Assembly (NCBI RefSeq): GCF_000092105.1
Contig: NC_014148.1
Span: 150,001-182,000, forward strand
DNA length: 32,000 nucleotides
DNA from: Planctopirus limnophila DSM 3776
GTDB taxonomy: Bacteria > Planctomycetota > Planctomycetia > Planctomycetales > Planctomycetaceae
Direction: 5' to 3'
Both the position numbers and the translations under genes were made by a program. Positions 8,855 through 17,573 of the stretch are shown one piece after another (position 1 is the stretch's first letter; each line of letters opens with the position of its first letter). The notes beneath the pieces are model-generated. The model ran no database searches, was not told the DNA's origin, and was given only the letters and a program-made list of their open reading frames with translations.

Positions 8855-10249
8855 ATGCCAACTTCCATGTATGTCAGCGTGTTTGATCTGTTCAAAGTAG
8901 GGATTGGACCGTCCAGTTCTCACACCGTCGGCCCTATGAAGGCGGCTCAAATCTTTGCTCAGCGACTGGTTGACCAGGGCCACCTGGAAAAGCTGGGGAT
9001 GGTGCAGGCTCACCTGTTTGGTTCGCTGGCACTCACCGGCAAAGGCCACGCGACAGATTCGGCAGTCATCTGGGGACTGGCTGGTGAAATGCCGGCGACA
9101 GCCCAGTCCGAGAATCTCGCCAGAATTCTTGATCGAGTCCAGAAGGAACATCGCCTTCCCATCGGAGGGACAGATCACGAGATCGAGTTCCTCCCCGATC
9201 GGGACATCTTCTTCCATTATAATGAGGTGTTGCCACAACACCCCAACGGCATGAAGTTCGTCGCACTCGACAAAAATGGCCTCCCACTGGCGATGGAGAG
9301 TGCGTTCTCCGTCGGCGGCGGATTCGTCATTTTTGAAGGGGAAGACCAGGCACAGACATCAACCTCACCACAAGTCGAAATCCTCTTCCCCTTCACGACG
9401 GCTGCCGAACTTCTCGAAATCGGTATCCGTGAGAAAAAGTCGATTGCTGCCATTGTCCGCGAGAATGAACGAGCCTTCCGCACGGATGCTGAGATCGATG
9501 CCGGCCTCGACCGCATCTGGGAGGTCATGCAAAGTTCCATCGATCGAGGTTGCCGCACCGAAGGGATTCTTCCTGGTGGCCTGAACGTCAAACGCCGTGC
9601 CGCGAGCATGTGCCGCACACTCATGACCTCTGGTCCTCGTCCGATTGATCCGCTGCAAAGCCTCGATTGGGTGAGTCTGTTTGCACTCGCCGTCAATGAA
9701 GAAAACGCTGCCGGTGGTCAGGTGGTGACAGCACCCACAAATGGAGCAGCCGGAGTCATTCCTGCTGTGATTGCTTATTACAAACGTTTATTGGCAGGTG
9801 CCACACAGGAAGGTGTTCGCACCTTCCTGTTGACGGCAGGTGCCATTGGTATGCTCTATAAGCGTAATGCCTCACTCTCTGCTGCCGAGATGGGTTGTCA
9901 GGGTGAAGTGGGCGTCGCCTGTTCAATGGCTGCCGGTGGCCTGGCTGCCGTCATGGGTGGCTCGAACGAACAGATCGAGAACGCTGCGGAAATTGGCATG
10001 GAGCATAACCTGGGCCTGACCTGCGATCCCATCAAAGGTCTCGTGCAGGTTCCGTGCATCGAACGCAACACGATGGGGGCTGCCAAAGCCATTAATGCCG
10101 CCCGGCTCGCTGTGCTGCATGGAGATGGCACCCACCGCGTCTCGCTCGACCGCGTCATCGAAACCATGCGCCAGACAGGTGTCGATATGCAGGTCAAATA
10201 CAAGGAAACCTCCATTGGAGGACTTGCAGTCAACGTCGTTGATTGCTGA
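8855..10249 (+). CDS. sdaA: L-serine ammonia-lyase (L-serine dehydratase), single-chain Fe-S type
   Basis: The N-terminus VSVFDLFKVGIGPSSSHTVGPM matches enterobacterial SdaA. The 464-aa length fits the fused beta+alpha form. The alternative ATG at 8867 is equally plausible. Confidence 0.92.
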   Translation: MPTSMYVSVFDLFKVGIGPSSSHTVGPMKAAQIFAQRLVDQGHLEKLGMVQAHLFGSLALTGKGHATDSAVIWGLAGEMPATAQSENLARILDRVQKEHRLPIGGTDHEIEFLPDRDIFFHYNEVLPQHPNGMKFVALDKNGLPLAMESAFSVGGGFVIFEGEDQAQTSTSPQVEILFPFTTAAELLEIGIREKKSIAAIVRENERAFRTDAEIDAGLDRIWEVMQSSIDRGCRTEGILPGGLNVKRRAASMCRTLMTSGPRPIDPLQSLDWVSLFALAVNEENAAGGQVVTAPTNGAAGVIPAVIAYYKRLLAGATQEGVRTFLLTAGAIGMLYKRNASLSAAEMGCQGEVGVACSMAAGGLAAVMGGSNEQIENAAEIGMEHNLGLTCDPIKGLVQVPCIERNTMGAAKAINAARLAVLHGDGTHRVSLDRVIETMRQTGVDMQVKYKETSIGGLAVNVVDC

Positions 10250-10313
10250 TATCACTTGCTTCCCACTGCCGGGGAAAATATCTGTGGTGGTTGATGGGTT
10301 GATCCTGGTTGTG

Positions 10314-10340
10314 GTTCAATCAGTGGATTGAACTTCCTTG
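10314..10340 (+). terminator. candidate terminator hairpin after sdaA
   Basis: 8-bp stem GTTCAATC / GATTGAAC (10314-10321 / 10326-10333) with loop AGTG, followed by TTCCTTG. The U-tract is weak. Confidence 0.35.
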
Positions 10341-10404
10341 AGCCATGCCCCTCTCAGACGACTTGAGAGCGAGCTCACATACGCATAACCTGGCAGAGTG
10401 AACG

Positions 10405-11856
10405 ATGTCGCATCACATCCCCACGCGTCGCAGCTTCCTGACAGCGGCCGTCACAACGACATCCGCAGGCTGGCTGCTGGCCACTGCTCAGAGCGCCACT
10501 GCTCAGAGCGCCACTGCTCAGAGCGTCGTAGCAAACCCCGGCGAATTCGTCGAACCAGCCCGTACGCTCCCGGTTCAACGCGATGCGGATGTCATCGTGT
10601 GTGGTGCAGGACCGGCTGGCGTCACCGCAGCCATCACAGCCGCCCGACTTGGTGCGCGTGTGCGACTTTTCGAAGCGCATGGGTCACTCGGTGGAGTCTG
10701 GACAAGTTCACTCCTGGGCTATCTCCTCGATTTTGATAAGCCCGGCTTCAACGTGGAACTTGTTCGCCACCTGCGGCAGCGCGGTGCCATTCGTGGTGAA
10801 GGGATGAATGGTCTCACCTATCACCCCGAAGAAATGAAGCTGATTCTCGAAGAACTTTGCACGCGTGCCGGCGTCAATCTGCAACTTCATACCCGCGTGA
10901 CCGCTGCTTATCGCGAAGGAATCCGGCTCTCAACAATCATCACAGAATCCAAGTCGGGCCGGGAAGCCTGGCAGGCTCCCATCTTTATCGATTCGACAGG
11001 TGATGGTGATCTGGGTGCTCAGGCGGGCTGTGAATTCGAGATTGGTCGCGATCAAGCCTGCCCCTGCCAACCGATGACGATGTACGCCCTGCTCGTCGTG
11101 AGAAATCTGGCAGAGATCGCCCCGTATCTTCACGGCGTCGGAAATGATGGCCAGCATGTCGGGCCGAAAGCCTTTCAGGAACTGCTCAAATCGGCCGGGG
11201 TGCAGCCCAGCTATGGCAAAGCCAGCCTGTTCCCGATCTCGGGCCAGCTTGTTCTCCTGATGGCGAATCATGAATACGGCATCAACGCCACGAATGCCGC
11301 TCAAGTCACGACGGCCACACTTCACGCCCGGGCAGAACTTCACCAGATTGTGAAGGCTCTGGCCAAACTTGGTGGCCCCTGGCAAGGGACAGAAATCGTC
11401 GCGACACCCGAACAGATTGGCATTCGCGATGGCCGCCGGATTCGCGGCCGCTACATCATGACTGCCGATGACCTCATTCGCGGTGCCACACAGGACGATG
11501 CCGTTGTCAGGGCGAAATTCCCGGTCGATATTCATGCACTATCGCTCGAAGAAAATCGCAAGTCGGCTTACAGCAATGCGGGGGTGAAAGCGAAGCCCTA
11601 CGATATCCCCATCAGGGCTCTCATTGCCCGCGATGTCGATGGTCTCTTGATGGCTGGCCGCTGTATCAGTGGCGATTTCATTTCACATGCCAGTTACCGC
11701 GTGACGGGGAACGCCGTCGCAATGGGCGAAGCCGCCGGCACAGTCGCAGCTCTCGCGGCAGAAACAAAGCAACTCCCGCAAGATATCCCCTTTCCCACCA
11801 CTCAAGCCGCCATCCAAAAATCCCGCACGATTGGAGAAGCGACCGTTCTGGAGTGA
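10405..11856 (+). CDS. Tat-signal FAD-dependent oxidoreductase
   Basis: 483-aa ORF with Tat motif TRRSFLTAAV and dinucleotide-binding motif DVIVCGAGPAGVTAAITAARLGARVRLFE. The overall architecture resembles the FAD_oxidored-type proteins common in Planctomycetota. Confidence 0.8.
   Translation: MSHHIPTRRSFLTAAVTTTSAGWLLATAQSATAQSATAQSVVANPGEFVEPARTLPVQRDADVIVCGAGPAGVTAAITAARLGARVRLFEAHGSLGGVWTSSLLGYLLDFDKPGFNVELVRHLRQRGAIRGEGMNGLTYHPEEMKLILEELCTRAGVNLQLHTRVTAAYREGIRLSTIITESKSGREAWQAPIFIDSTGDGDLGAQAGCEFEIGRDQACPCQPMTMYALLVVRNLAEIAPYLHGVGNDGQHVGPKAFQELLKSAGVQPSYGKASLFPISGQLVLLMANHEYGINATNAAQVTTATLHARAELHQIVKALAKLGGPWQGTEIVATPEQIGIRDGRRIRGRYIMTADDLIRGATQDDAVVRAKFPVDIHALSLEENRKSAYSNAGVKAKPYDIPIRALIARDVDGLLMAGRCISGDFISHASYRVTGNAVAMGEAAGTVAALAAETKQLPQDIPFPTTQAAIQKSRTIGEATVLE
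10480..10524 (+). repeat. perfect 15-nt tandem repeat x3 (GCCACTGCTCAGAGC) encoding (ATAQS)x3
   Basis: Three identical back-to-back copies at 10480-10494, 10495-10509 and 10510-10524. They lie in frame in the signal-peptide region of the FAD oxidoreductase. Confidence 0.95.
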
Positions 11857-11968
11857 AGATCGGCTCCAGCGATGGTGAATACGAAAATCCCTTCCGAACA
11901 CAACGCAACACTTGATTACAATAAGAACATTTGTCACCTTACTCTTCTGGAAAGGTGATGAGTATTCC

Positions 11969-12136
11969 ATGATCATTCTCGGCGACAACTCAGGCATTCA
12001 AGGATTCGTCTTCGACATTGCCGAAGAGGGCGGCGGACAGGCACAGCGCCTCCGCGCCAGATCGTTCATGTTCCAACTCATCGCCGAGGTCGCGTCAATA
12101 CGCATCCTGAACGCTTCAAATTGCCCACTCACATAA
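11969..12136 (+). pseudogene. truncated Cas10/Csm1- or mCpol-like palm-domain N-terminal fragment
   Basis: From the ATG at 11969 the ORF reads MIILGDNSGIQGFVFDIAEEGGGQAQRLRARSFMFQLIAEVASIRIL. This matches the remembered Cas10/Csm1 signature GDxSGIQxFI(F/Y) ... LRxRSFxLxxL. The ORF stops after 55 aa (TAA at 12134-12136). It sits in a 400-nt gap between convergent genes. Confidence 0.45.
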
Positions 12137-12256
12137 ACGGCCAGCGGAGAGGATACAGACCTCTACTGAATAAGGAATACAGGTAGCTCGACGACGAGCA
12201 ACCTATGCCACTCTGCGATCTGTTTCTTGTACAAGGGGAGTCTTGGATCGCGCCAA

Positions 12257-15200
12257 TCACAAGGCCCGTACGATGGATGTATAGACTTGTTGGAGTAGAT
12301 CCGCTTGAGTAAACGGCTTTTGGAGAAAGGCCTCATGAGGCTGTAATGATGCTCCGCGGGCACCGAAACTCTCTGAATATCCGCTGATATAAACCACCGG
12401 GAGATCGGCATGCATCGATCGCAATTCTCCCGCTAATTCTCGCCCACCGATTCCCGGCATGACGACATCGGTTATTAATAAGTCGATTGGATCAGGCAGC
12501 GTTCGTACCAGATCTAACGCCTCTCGACCATTCGCAGCTTCCAAGACGCGATAACCCTGTAATTCGAGCATCAGCCGCGTCGCTTTTCTCACTGCCGGTT
12601 CGTCCTCAACGAGCAGAATCGTTTCCGCCCCATGGCGGATGGTTGGTTGTTTGCTGGCTGTCACCGACGGAGGTTCCTCAGCGACACCGGGAAACAGTAA
12701 TCGAAAAGTCGTCCCGACGCCTGGCTCTGTGGTCACATGGATCTGGCCATCGTGCTGTTGCATGATGCCGTGGACGACGGCGAGCCCCAGTCCGGAACCA
12801 CTTCCGATCTCCTTCGTTGTAAAAAAGGGTTCAAAGATCCGGGCTTGGACGTCTGCGCTCATCCCGATGCCAGTGTCAGCAACTTCGAGTTGAACGTAGG
12901 GCGTCTCCAATGAAATGTTCGTTAAGAATTGTCGAGCGTCCTGTGGTGAAAGTCTGCTCGTGCGAATCGTCAGCCGGCCGCCGGCGGGCATGGCATCCCG
13001 TGCATTGACGACGAGGTTCATCAGCACCTGGTCTAGATGAGTAGTATCGGCCTTGATCGCAGGCAAGAGAGGATCGAGATGCAGGATCAATTGGATTCGT
13101 TCGCCGATCAATCGCCGCAGCAGTTTCTGCGATCCCTCGATCACATCATTCAAGTGAATGACTCTCGGCTGGAAATGCGAGCGGCGACTGAAGTCCAGCA
13201 ATTGCTTGGTCAATTGTGCGGCCCGAAGTCCTTCGTCGCGGATGTGCTGCACGGACTCCCGCCAATTCTGCGGCTGCGATTTCTGATCCAGTAGTAGCTC
13301 ACAATAGCAGTTTATGACCGTGAGGAGGTTATTGAAATCGTGGGCGATGCCTCCCGCGAACTGCCCCACGGCTTCCATTTTCTGCGACTGCCGCAACTGC
13401 TCTTCCAGCTTTCGCTGTTCCGAGACGTCGCGAAAGCTCAACACGCGTCCCACCGGTTGTCCATCCATCCATTGGGGCTGAGAAAACCGTTCGACGATGC
13501 GGCCGTCCTTGAATTCCAGCACATCGAAGGAGGATTCCTCCCGGTTCTGGTACATCTCCTGTACCCGGCGGACAAAGCCCTCCGGGTCCTTCAATTGAGC
13601 GAGCATCTTCTGAACGGCCTGATGTTGGTCGGATGATGCGATGATGTCCGACTTGTTCGCCTCGGCGATCATCTCCTCAGGAAATCTCCAGATTGAGATG
13701 AAGCGGCGATTGTAATCCAGCACGCGGCCTTCCAAGTCAACCACGAGAATGCCGTCCGCCGTCGATTCCAAGGTGGCCCGCATCCGCGACAGAGACTGCC
13801 GCATCTCCAACTCGGCCTGCTTGCGTTCCGAGATGTCACGCATGATGGCACAGTTGTATTCCTGGCCTTCATATTGCAGATAGTTGACGGTGACTTCGGT
13901 TTTCAAAGTGCGGCCGTCCTTGGTCACATGGTCGGACTCGAACGTGAATGACCCGCGGCACCGCAGTTCTTCCCAATGGGCCGGCCAGGCTTCTGGCAGA
14001 AAATTCGGATCGATGTCCGGTACTGTCTTTCCGAGCATCTCGTCGCGCGTGTAGCCCAAGGTGCGGCAGGCGGCATTGTTGACGTACAGAATCTCACTCG
14101 AAGCGTTGATCCAAAAGATGGAATCCACGGCGTGATCGACGCTGAATTGATTTAAACGCAACATCCGCTCGGCTTCCTTGCGGGCCGTGATGTCGCGAGA
14201 AATGCCGATTATTCCAATGACATTTCCAAGTTCGTCGCGATACGGAGCCTTCGACGCAAGATAGGTCCGTGTCACATAATTCGCCGTCAGCGTTTCTTCC
14301 GATGTTCTAACAAGGCCCGACCGCATGACTTCGCGATCCACTTCCAACACCAGACGGGCACCTTCGGCGTCAAACCACTCGCTATCGTCTCTTCCTAAAA
14401 CCTGCTCGAGCGGCTTGCCCATGAATTGGCAAGCCGCCTGGTTCGCGAGGAGATATTTGCCATCCCGGTCCTTGACGAAGACCGCATCCGATGTGCCTTC
14501 CGCGACCGCTCGCAGCAATTCCGCTGTTCTCCGCACCTCCGTTTCAGCCCGTTTGCGATCGGTGACATCCTGCATCGCCCCCACGACTCGGCGCGCATGT
14601 CCCGCTGCATCACGCGCAATGTACGCTCGATCATGAATTGAGGCCCAGACGCCGTCCGCGCGCAGGAACTCGTAATCGGCAGTCCAATAAGTAGCGGTCC
14701 CGTCCACCGCAGCACTCAACGACCTGGCAGTACGTTCCCGGTCTGCCGGATGGATCCTGTCGATCCACCACTGCAAGGAATCGCTGGACTCTGGCGTTCG
14801 TCCTAAGGTGGCCGCGTATTGCTCGCTCCAGGCAACGGTCCCTGCGACCGGGTCGAGATCCCAGATCAGATCATTTGTCGCGAGGATGGCCAGGCGGTAG
14901 CGTTCTTCGACTTCGAGTCGCGCCAGTTCGGCTTGTTTGCGGGCGGTGATGTCCTGAGTAACACCCACAAATTGGATGGGTCGCCCATGCTGATCAGAGG
15001 TGGCGCGGGCCCTGGAATGGAGCCAGCGTAGCTGGCCGTCGGGTCGGACAAAGCGAAACTCCGAATTGAGCGAAGTCTGCGTGGCGATCGCATTCGCCAG
15101 ATCATGACGCACGGTATCACGGTCTGCTGGGTAGACCCCGTTTAAAAAGAGCTCCTGGGAAGGTTGGTCCACTCCCGGAACATATCCCAGCAGTCGGAAG

Positions 15201-16942
15201 CCTTCATCAGACCAGGTGGCCCGATTCTGCACCAGGTCGATGATCCAGCTCCCCATGTCGCCGATCCGCATGGCCTCTTCGAGAGTCGACTCGCTCTGCT
15301 GCAGCGCAGCTTGAGTCCGCTTCAAATCATCGATATCGGTGCAGGTGCCGTACCACCTCACGATGGCTCCCGACGCATCTCGGATGGGAACCTGGCGACT
15401 GATATGCCAGCGGTAAGCTCCGTCCGTCTGGCGGATCCGGAGCTCGATGTCTCTGGGAAGTTCTTGCTCCAAAGTCGCGGTCCAACGCTCAATCGCGTTC
15501 GGCACGTCCTCCGGATGAATGACCTGCTCCCAGGACCACCCCGTCAGCTGATCCATCCCGACGCCGGTGTACTCCGTCGCCTTGGCGTTCAGGTACGTCA
15601 AGCCGCCATCCAACGCCGCGACCCAAACGATTTGCGGGATGGCATCGGCCAATTCGCGGAATCGTTGTTCGCTCTCCCGGAGCGATTGTTCGACCCGCTT
15701 GCGCTCAGTGATATCCTCGGCCGTGCCGATGATCTGGCTGACCCGACCGTCAGGCGTTCTCTCAAAAACCCGATCCCGGCTGACGAACCAACGCCAGTTG
15801 CCATGGACATCCTGCAGGCGATATTCCGCGAGCAGGACTTGTTGATCGTCGACGGTGTCCCAGCGTTGGAGAAGCGTCGTCACGTTGGCGAAATCAATCG
15901 GATGTACCAGTTCCGCCAGTTCAGCCCAACTCCGGCCTTGGATCGCTTCTGGGGTGAAACCCAGATCCCGCATGAGATAATAGTTCGAATAAGTGATACT
16001 CTGCTGCTGTAGGTCGAACACGTAAATTGTCAGGGGGGATGTCTCAGCGACGGCTTTCACGAATTTCTGGCTGGCCTGGACTTCCGCCGCGGCGAGTTTT
16101 CTGGCAGTGATGTCCTGATCCGTCCCTTCCACACGGAGAATGTTGCCGTCAGCATCGCGCGTGGCGACAGCCCGACTGTGCAGCCAGATCATTTGCCCGT
16201 CAGGACGGATGATGCGCAAATCATCTTCAAAGCGATCGGCACCCGCGAGCATCGCGTCAACCCGCGCGACAGCCGTCGGAAGGTCATCGGGATGCAGCAG
16301 TTGCAGGAACGCTTGAAAGCTGGGCTGAACGACTTGTGGATCGACACCAAACAACGCGAATACGCCGCGCGACCACCAGACTTTGCCTGACGAGGGCTCC
16401 CACACCCAACTACCGATGCGCGCGATGCGCTGCGCGTCCGCTAATTGGCGTTCGCTCTCCCGTAATGCCTGTTCCGCCCCGCTTCGCTCGAGATGGTTCG
16501 CTGCCGCGACACCAACGGTATGCGAACGATTCCCCATCGCTGCATCCGCAAAGTCCCGTGCAATCACGATCACGCCTTGTACCGTACCGTGTTGATCCTG
16601 GTACGGCTTAGTCGTCATCTGGATTGAGCGAAGATTATCTCCGATTTGGACGACATGCGTCTCCGCTGCCGGAAGACCCGATTGCATGACTCGCTGGTCC
16701 TGCGCCCGCATGATGCGCGCCGTGTCACTACCGAATACGGCGGTATCATCCTGATCGAGGATTTGCTCGCGTGTCCGATTCGTGAGCTTTGTTCCAGCGG
16801 CATTGCAAAACAAGTACCGGCCGGAGCTGTCTTTCACAAACAGTGCATCCAGCGACGCTTCGCTTACGGCGGCCAGCAAATCGAGTAGTGGCAGCGAGGG
16901 GGCTGAATTCCGAACGTCCTCGCGATCTAAGTTCGCAGTCAT
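12257..16942 (-). CDS. soluble multi-PAS hybrid sensor histidine kinase / response regulator
   Basis: About 1560 aa. About nine PAS/PAC modules, each closed by a DITxRK-type motif, with no TM segment. HisKA box GGIAHDFNNLLTVI (His codon at 13340-13342). HATPase N/G boxes NLVVNARDAM, DTGIGM and GSGSGLGLAVV. C-terminal receiver ILLVEDEPAVR ... DLLITDVVMPG (Asp codon at 12467-12469). The ORF track begins at TTG 16966; ATG 16942 (MTANLD) is preferred. Confidence 0.9.
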   Translation of the reverse strand: MTANLDREDVRNSAPSLPLLDLLAAVSEASLDALFVKDSSGRYLFCNAAGTKLTNRTREQILDQDDTAVFGSDTARIMRAQDQRVMQSGLPAAETHVVQIGDNLRSIQMTTKPYQDQHGTVQGVIVIARDFADAAMGNRSHTVGVAAANHLERSGAEQALRESERQLADAQRIARIGSWVWEPSSGKVWWSRGVFALFGVDPQVVQPSFQAFLQLLHPDDLPTAVARVDAMLAGADRFEDDLRIIRPDGQMIWLHSRAVATRDADGNILRVEGTDQDITARKLAAAEVQASQKFVKAVAETSPLTIYVFDLQQQSITYSNYYLMRDLGFTPEAIQGRSWAELAELVHPIDFANVTTLLQRWDTVDDQQVLLAEYRLQDVHGNWRWFVSRDRVFERTPDGRVSQIIGTAEDITERKRVEQSLRESEQRFRELADAIPQIVWVAALDGGLTYLNAKATEYTGVGMDQLTGWSWEQVIHPEDVPNAIERWTATLEQELPRDIELRIRQTDGAYRWHISRQVPIRDASGAIVRWYGTCTDIDDLKRTQAALQQSESTLEEAMRIGDMGSWIIDLVQNRATWSDEGFRLLGYVPGVDQPSQELFLNGVYPADRDTVRHDLANAIATQTSLNSEFRFVRPDGQLRWLHSRARATSDQHGRPIQFVGVTQDITARKQAELARLEVEERYRLAILATNDLIWDLDPVAGTVAWSEQYAATLGRTPESSDSLQWWIDRIHPADRERTARSLSAAVDGTATYWTADYEFLRADGVWASIHDRAYIARDAAGHARRVVGAMQDVTDRKRAETEVRRTAELLRAVAEGTSDAVFVKDRDGKYLLANQAACQFMGKPLEQVLGRDDSEWFDAEGARLVLEVDREVMRSGLVRTSEETLTANYVTRTYLASKAPYRDELGNVIGIIGISRDITARKEAERMLRLNQFSVDHAVDSIFWINASSEILYVNNAACRTLGYTRDEMLGKTVPDIDPNFLPEAWPAHWEELRCRGSFTFESDHVTKDGRTLKTEVTVNYLQYEGQEYNCAIMRDISERKQAELEMRQSLSRMRATLESTADGILVVDLEGRVLDYNRRFISIWRFPEEMIAEANKSDIIASSDQHQAVQKMLAQLKDPEGFVRRVQEMYQNREESSFDVLEFKDGRIVERFSQPQWMDGQPVGRVLSFRDVSEQRKLEEQLRQSQKMEAVGQFAGGIAHDFNNLLTVINCYCELLLDQKSQPQNWRESVQHIRDEGLRAAQLTKQLLDFSRRSHFQPRVIHLNDVIEGSQKLLRRLIGERIQLILHLDPLLPAIKADTTHLDQVLMNLVVNARDAMPAGGRLTIRTSRLSPQDARQFLTNISLETPYVQLEVADTGIGMSADVQARIFEPFFTTKEIGSGSGLGLAVVHGIMQQHDGQIHVTTEPGVGTTFRLLFPGVAEEPPSVTASKQPTIRHGAETILLVEDEPAVRKATRLMLELQGYRVLEAANGREALDLVRTLPDPIDLLITDVVMPGIGGRELAGELRSMHADLPVVYISGYSESFGARGASLQPHEAFLQKPFTQADLLQQVYTSIVRAL

Positions 16943-17056
16943 CAGTGGAAAAGACCTCGGTTGCAAGTACGACCTGGGCTCAAAATCCCAATGACGGGAA
17001 TCAATAACGTAGACAATGTAATCTTCACAGATGCAGAAAACACTTCAAGGTTTATC

Positions 17057-17344
17057 TCAGCTTGCAAGCTGGGGATCGCCGACTCTCCGATGCGCCACCC
17101 ATTTCGTCAATAGCCTGTCCAAAAAGGCCCAGGTTTTGGCGAGGCGTCGTGCCATGAGGTCGATCATGGCGATTTGGAAGAGGGTATCGCCGGAGGTGGT
17201 GGTGCGTTTATGGTCTTTGGAAAGTCGACGGTAGCGACCCAACCAGGCGAAGGTCCATTCGGCGATCCACCACAGGGTGGCCCAGGTTGAACTTCTGATT
17301 TCTACCGGGGTGGTATCGCCATAGGAGGCATGAGTTTTACCCAT
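17057..17344 (-). mobile_element. IS5-family (IS427/IS1031-like) DDE transposase C-terminal remnant
   Basis: [22 protein letters not shown] ... LFQIAMIDLMARRLA matches the conserved C-terminal block [22 protein letters not shown] ... IYIAMIRLMLRRLA of IS5-group transposases. Only the last roughly 75 residues are recognisable. No DDE core lies upstream, and no inverted repeats were identified. Confidence 0.7.
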
Positions 17345-17573
17345 TTGCCCAGATGATAATAGGCTTCGGTAAGGAGTGTGATTTCGGCCGGCAGGCCGTA
17401 GTTCGGTTCAAAATCCCTCGGAGTGTGGCTTCTCGATCTGAAAGCCTCTTTTGCAGTCATTGAGACGACAGACCCCTCCCATGCTGTTAAACCACCCGAT
17501 TGACTTTCTTCATTTTAAGGCGGAGAACTGTGGAAGAGTGTGGCTCTCTTCCTTTCTTGTGTCAGGTCGTGCT

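Noticed and set aside
12137-12256. Small hairpins (AGAGG/CCTCT at about 12149-12165; GCTCG-ACGA-CGAGC at 12186-12199) considered as the kinase terminator
   Set aside because: The stems are only 5 bp and have no U-tract on either strand, so a terminator call is not supportable.
15164-16012. 282-aa plus-strand ORF inside the histidine kinase gene
   Set aside because: It is a shadow ORF opposite a continuous PAS-domain coding frame, with no motifs or start context.
17451-17573. Upstream extension of the LamG ORF (MQSLRRQTPP...)
   Set aside because: It starts at a non-ATG codon and encodes no coherent N-terminus. The ATG at 17574 gives a proper signal peptide.
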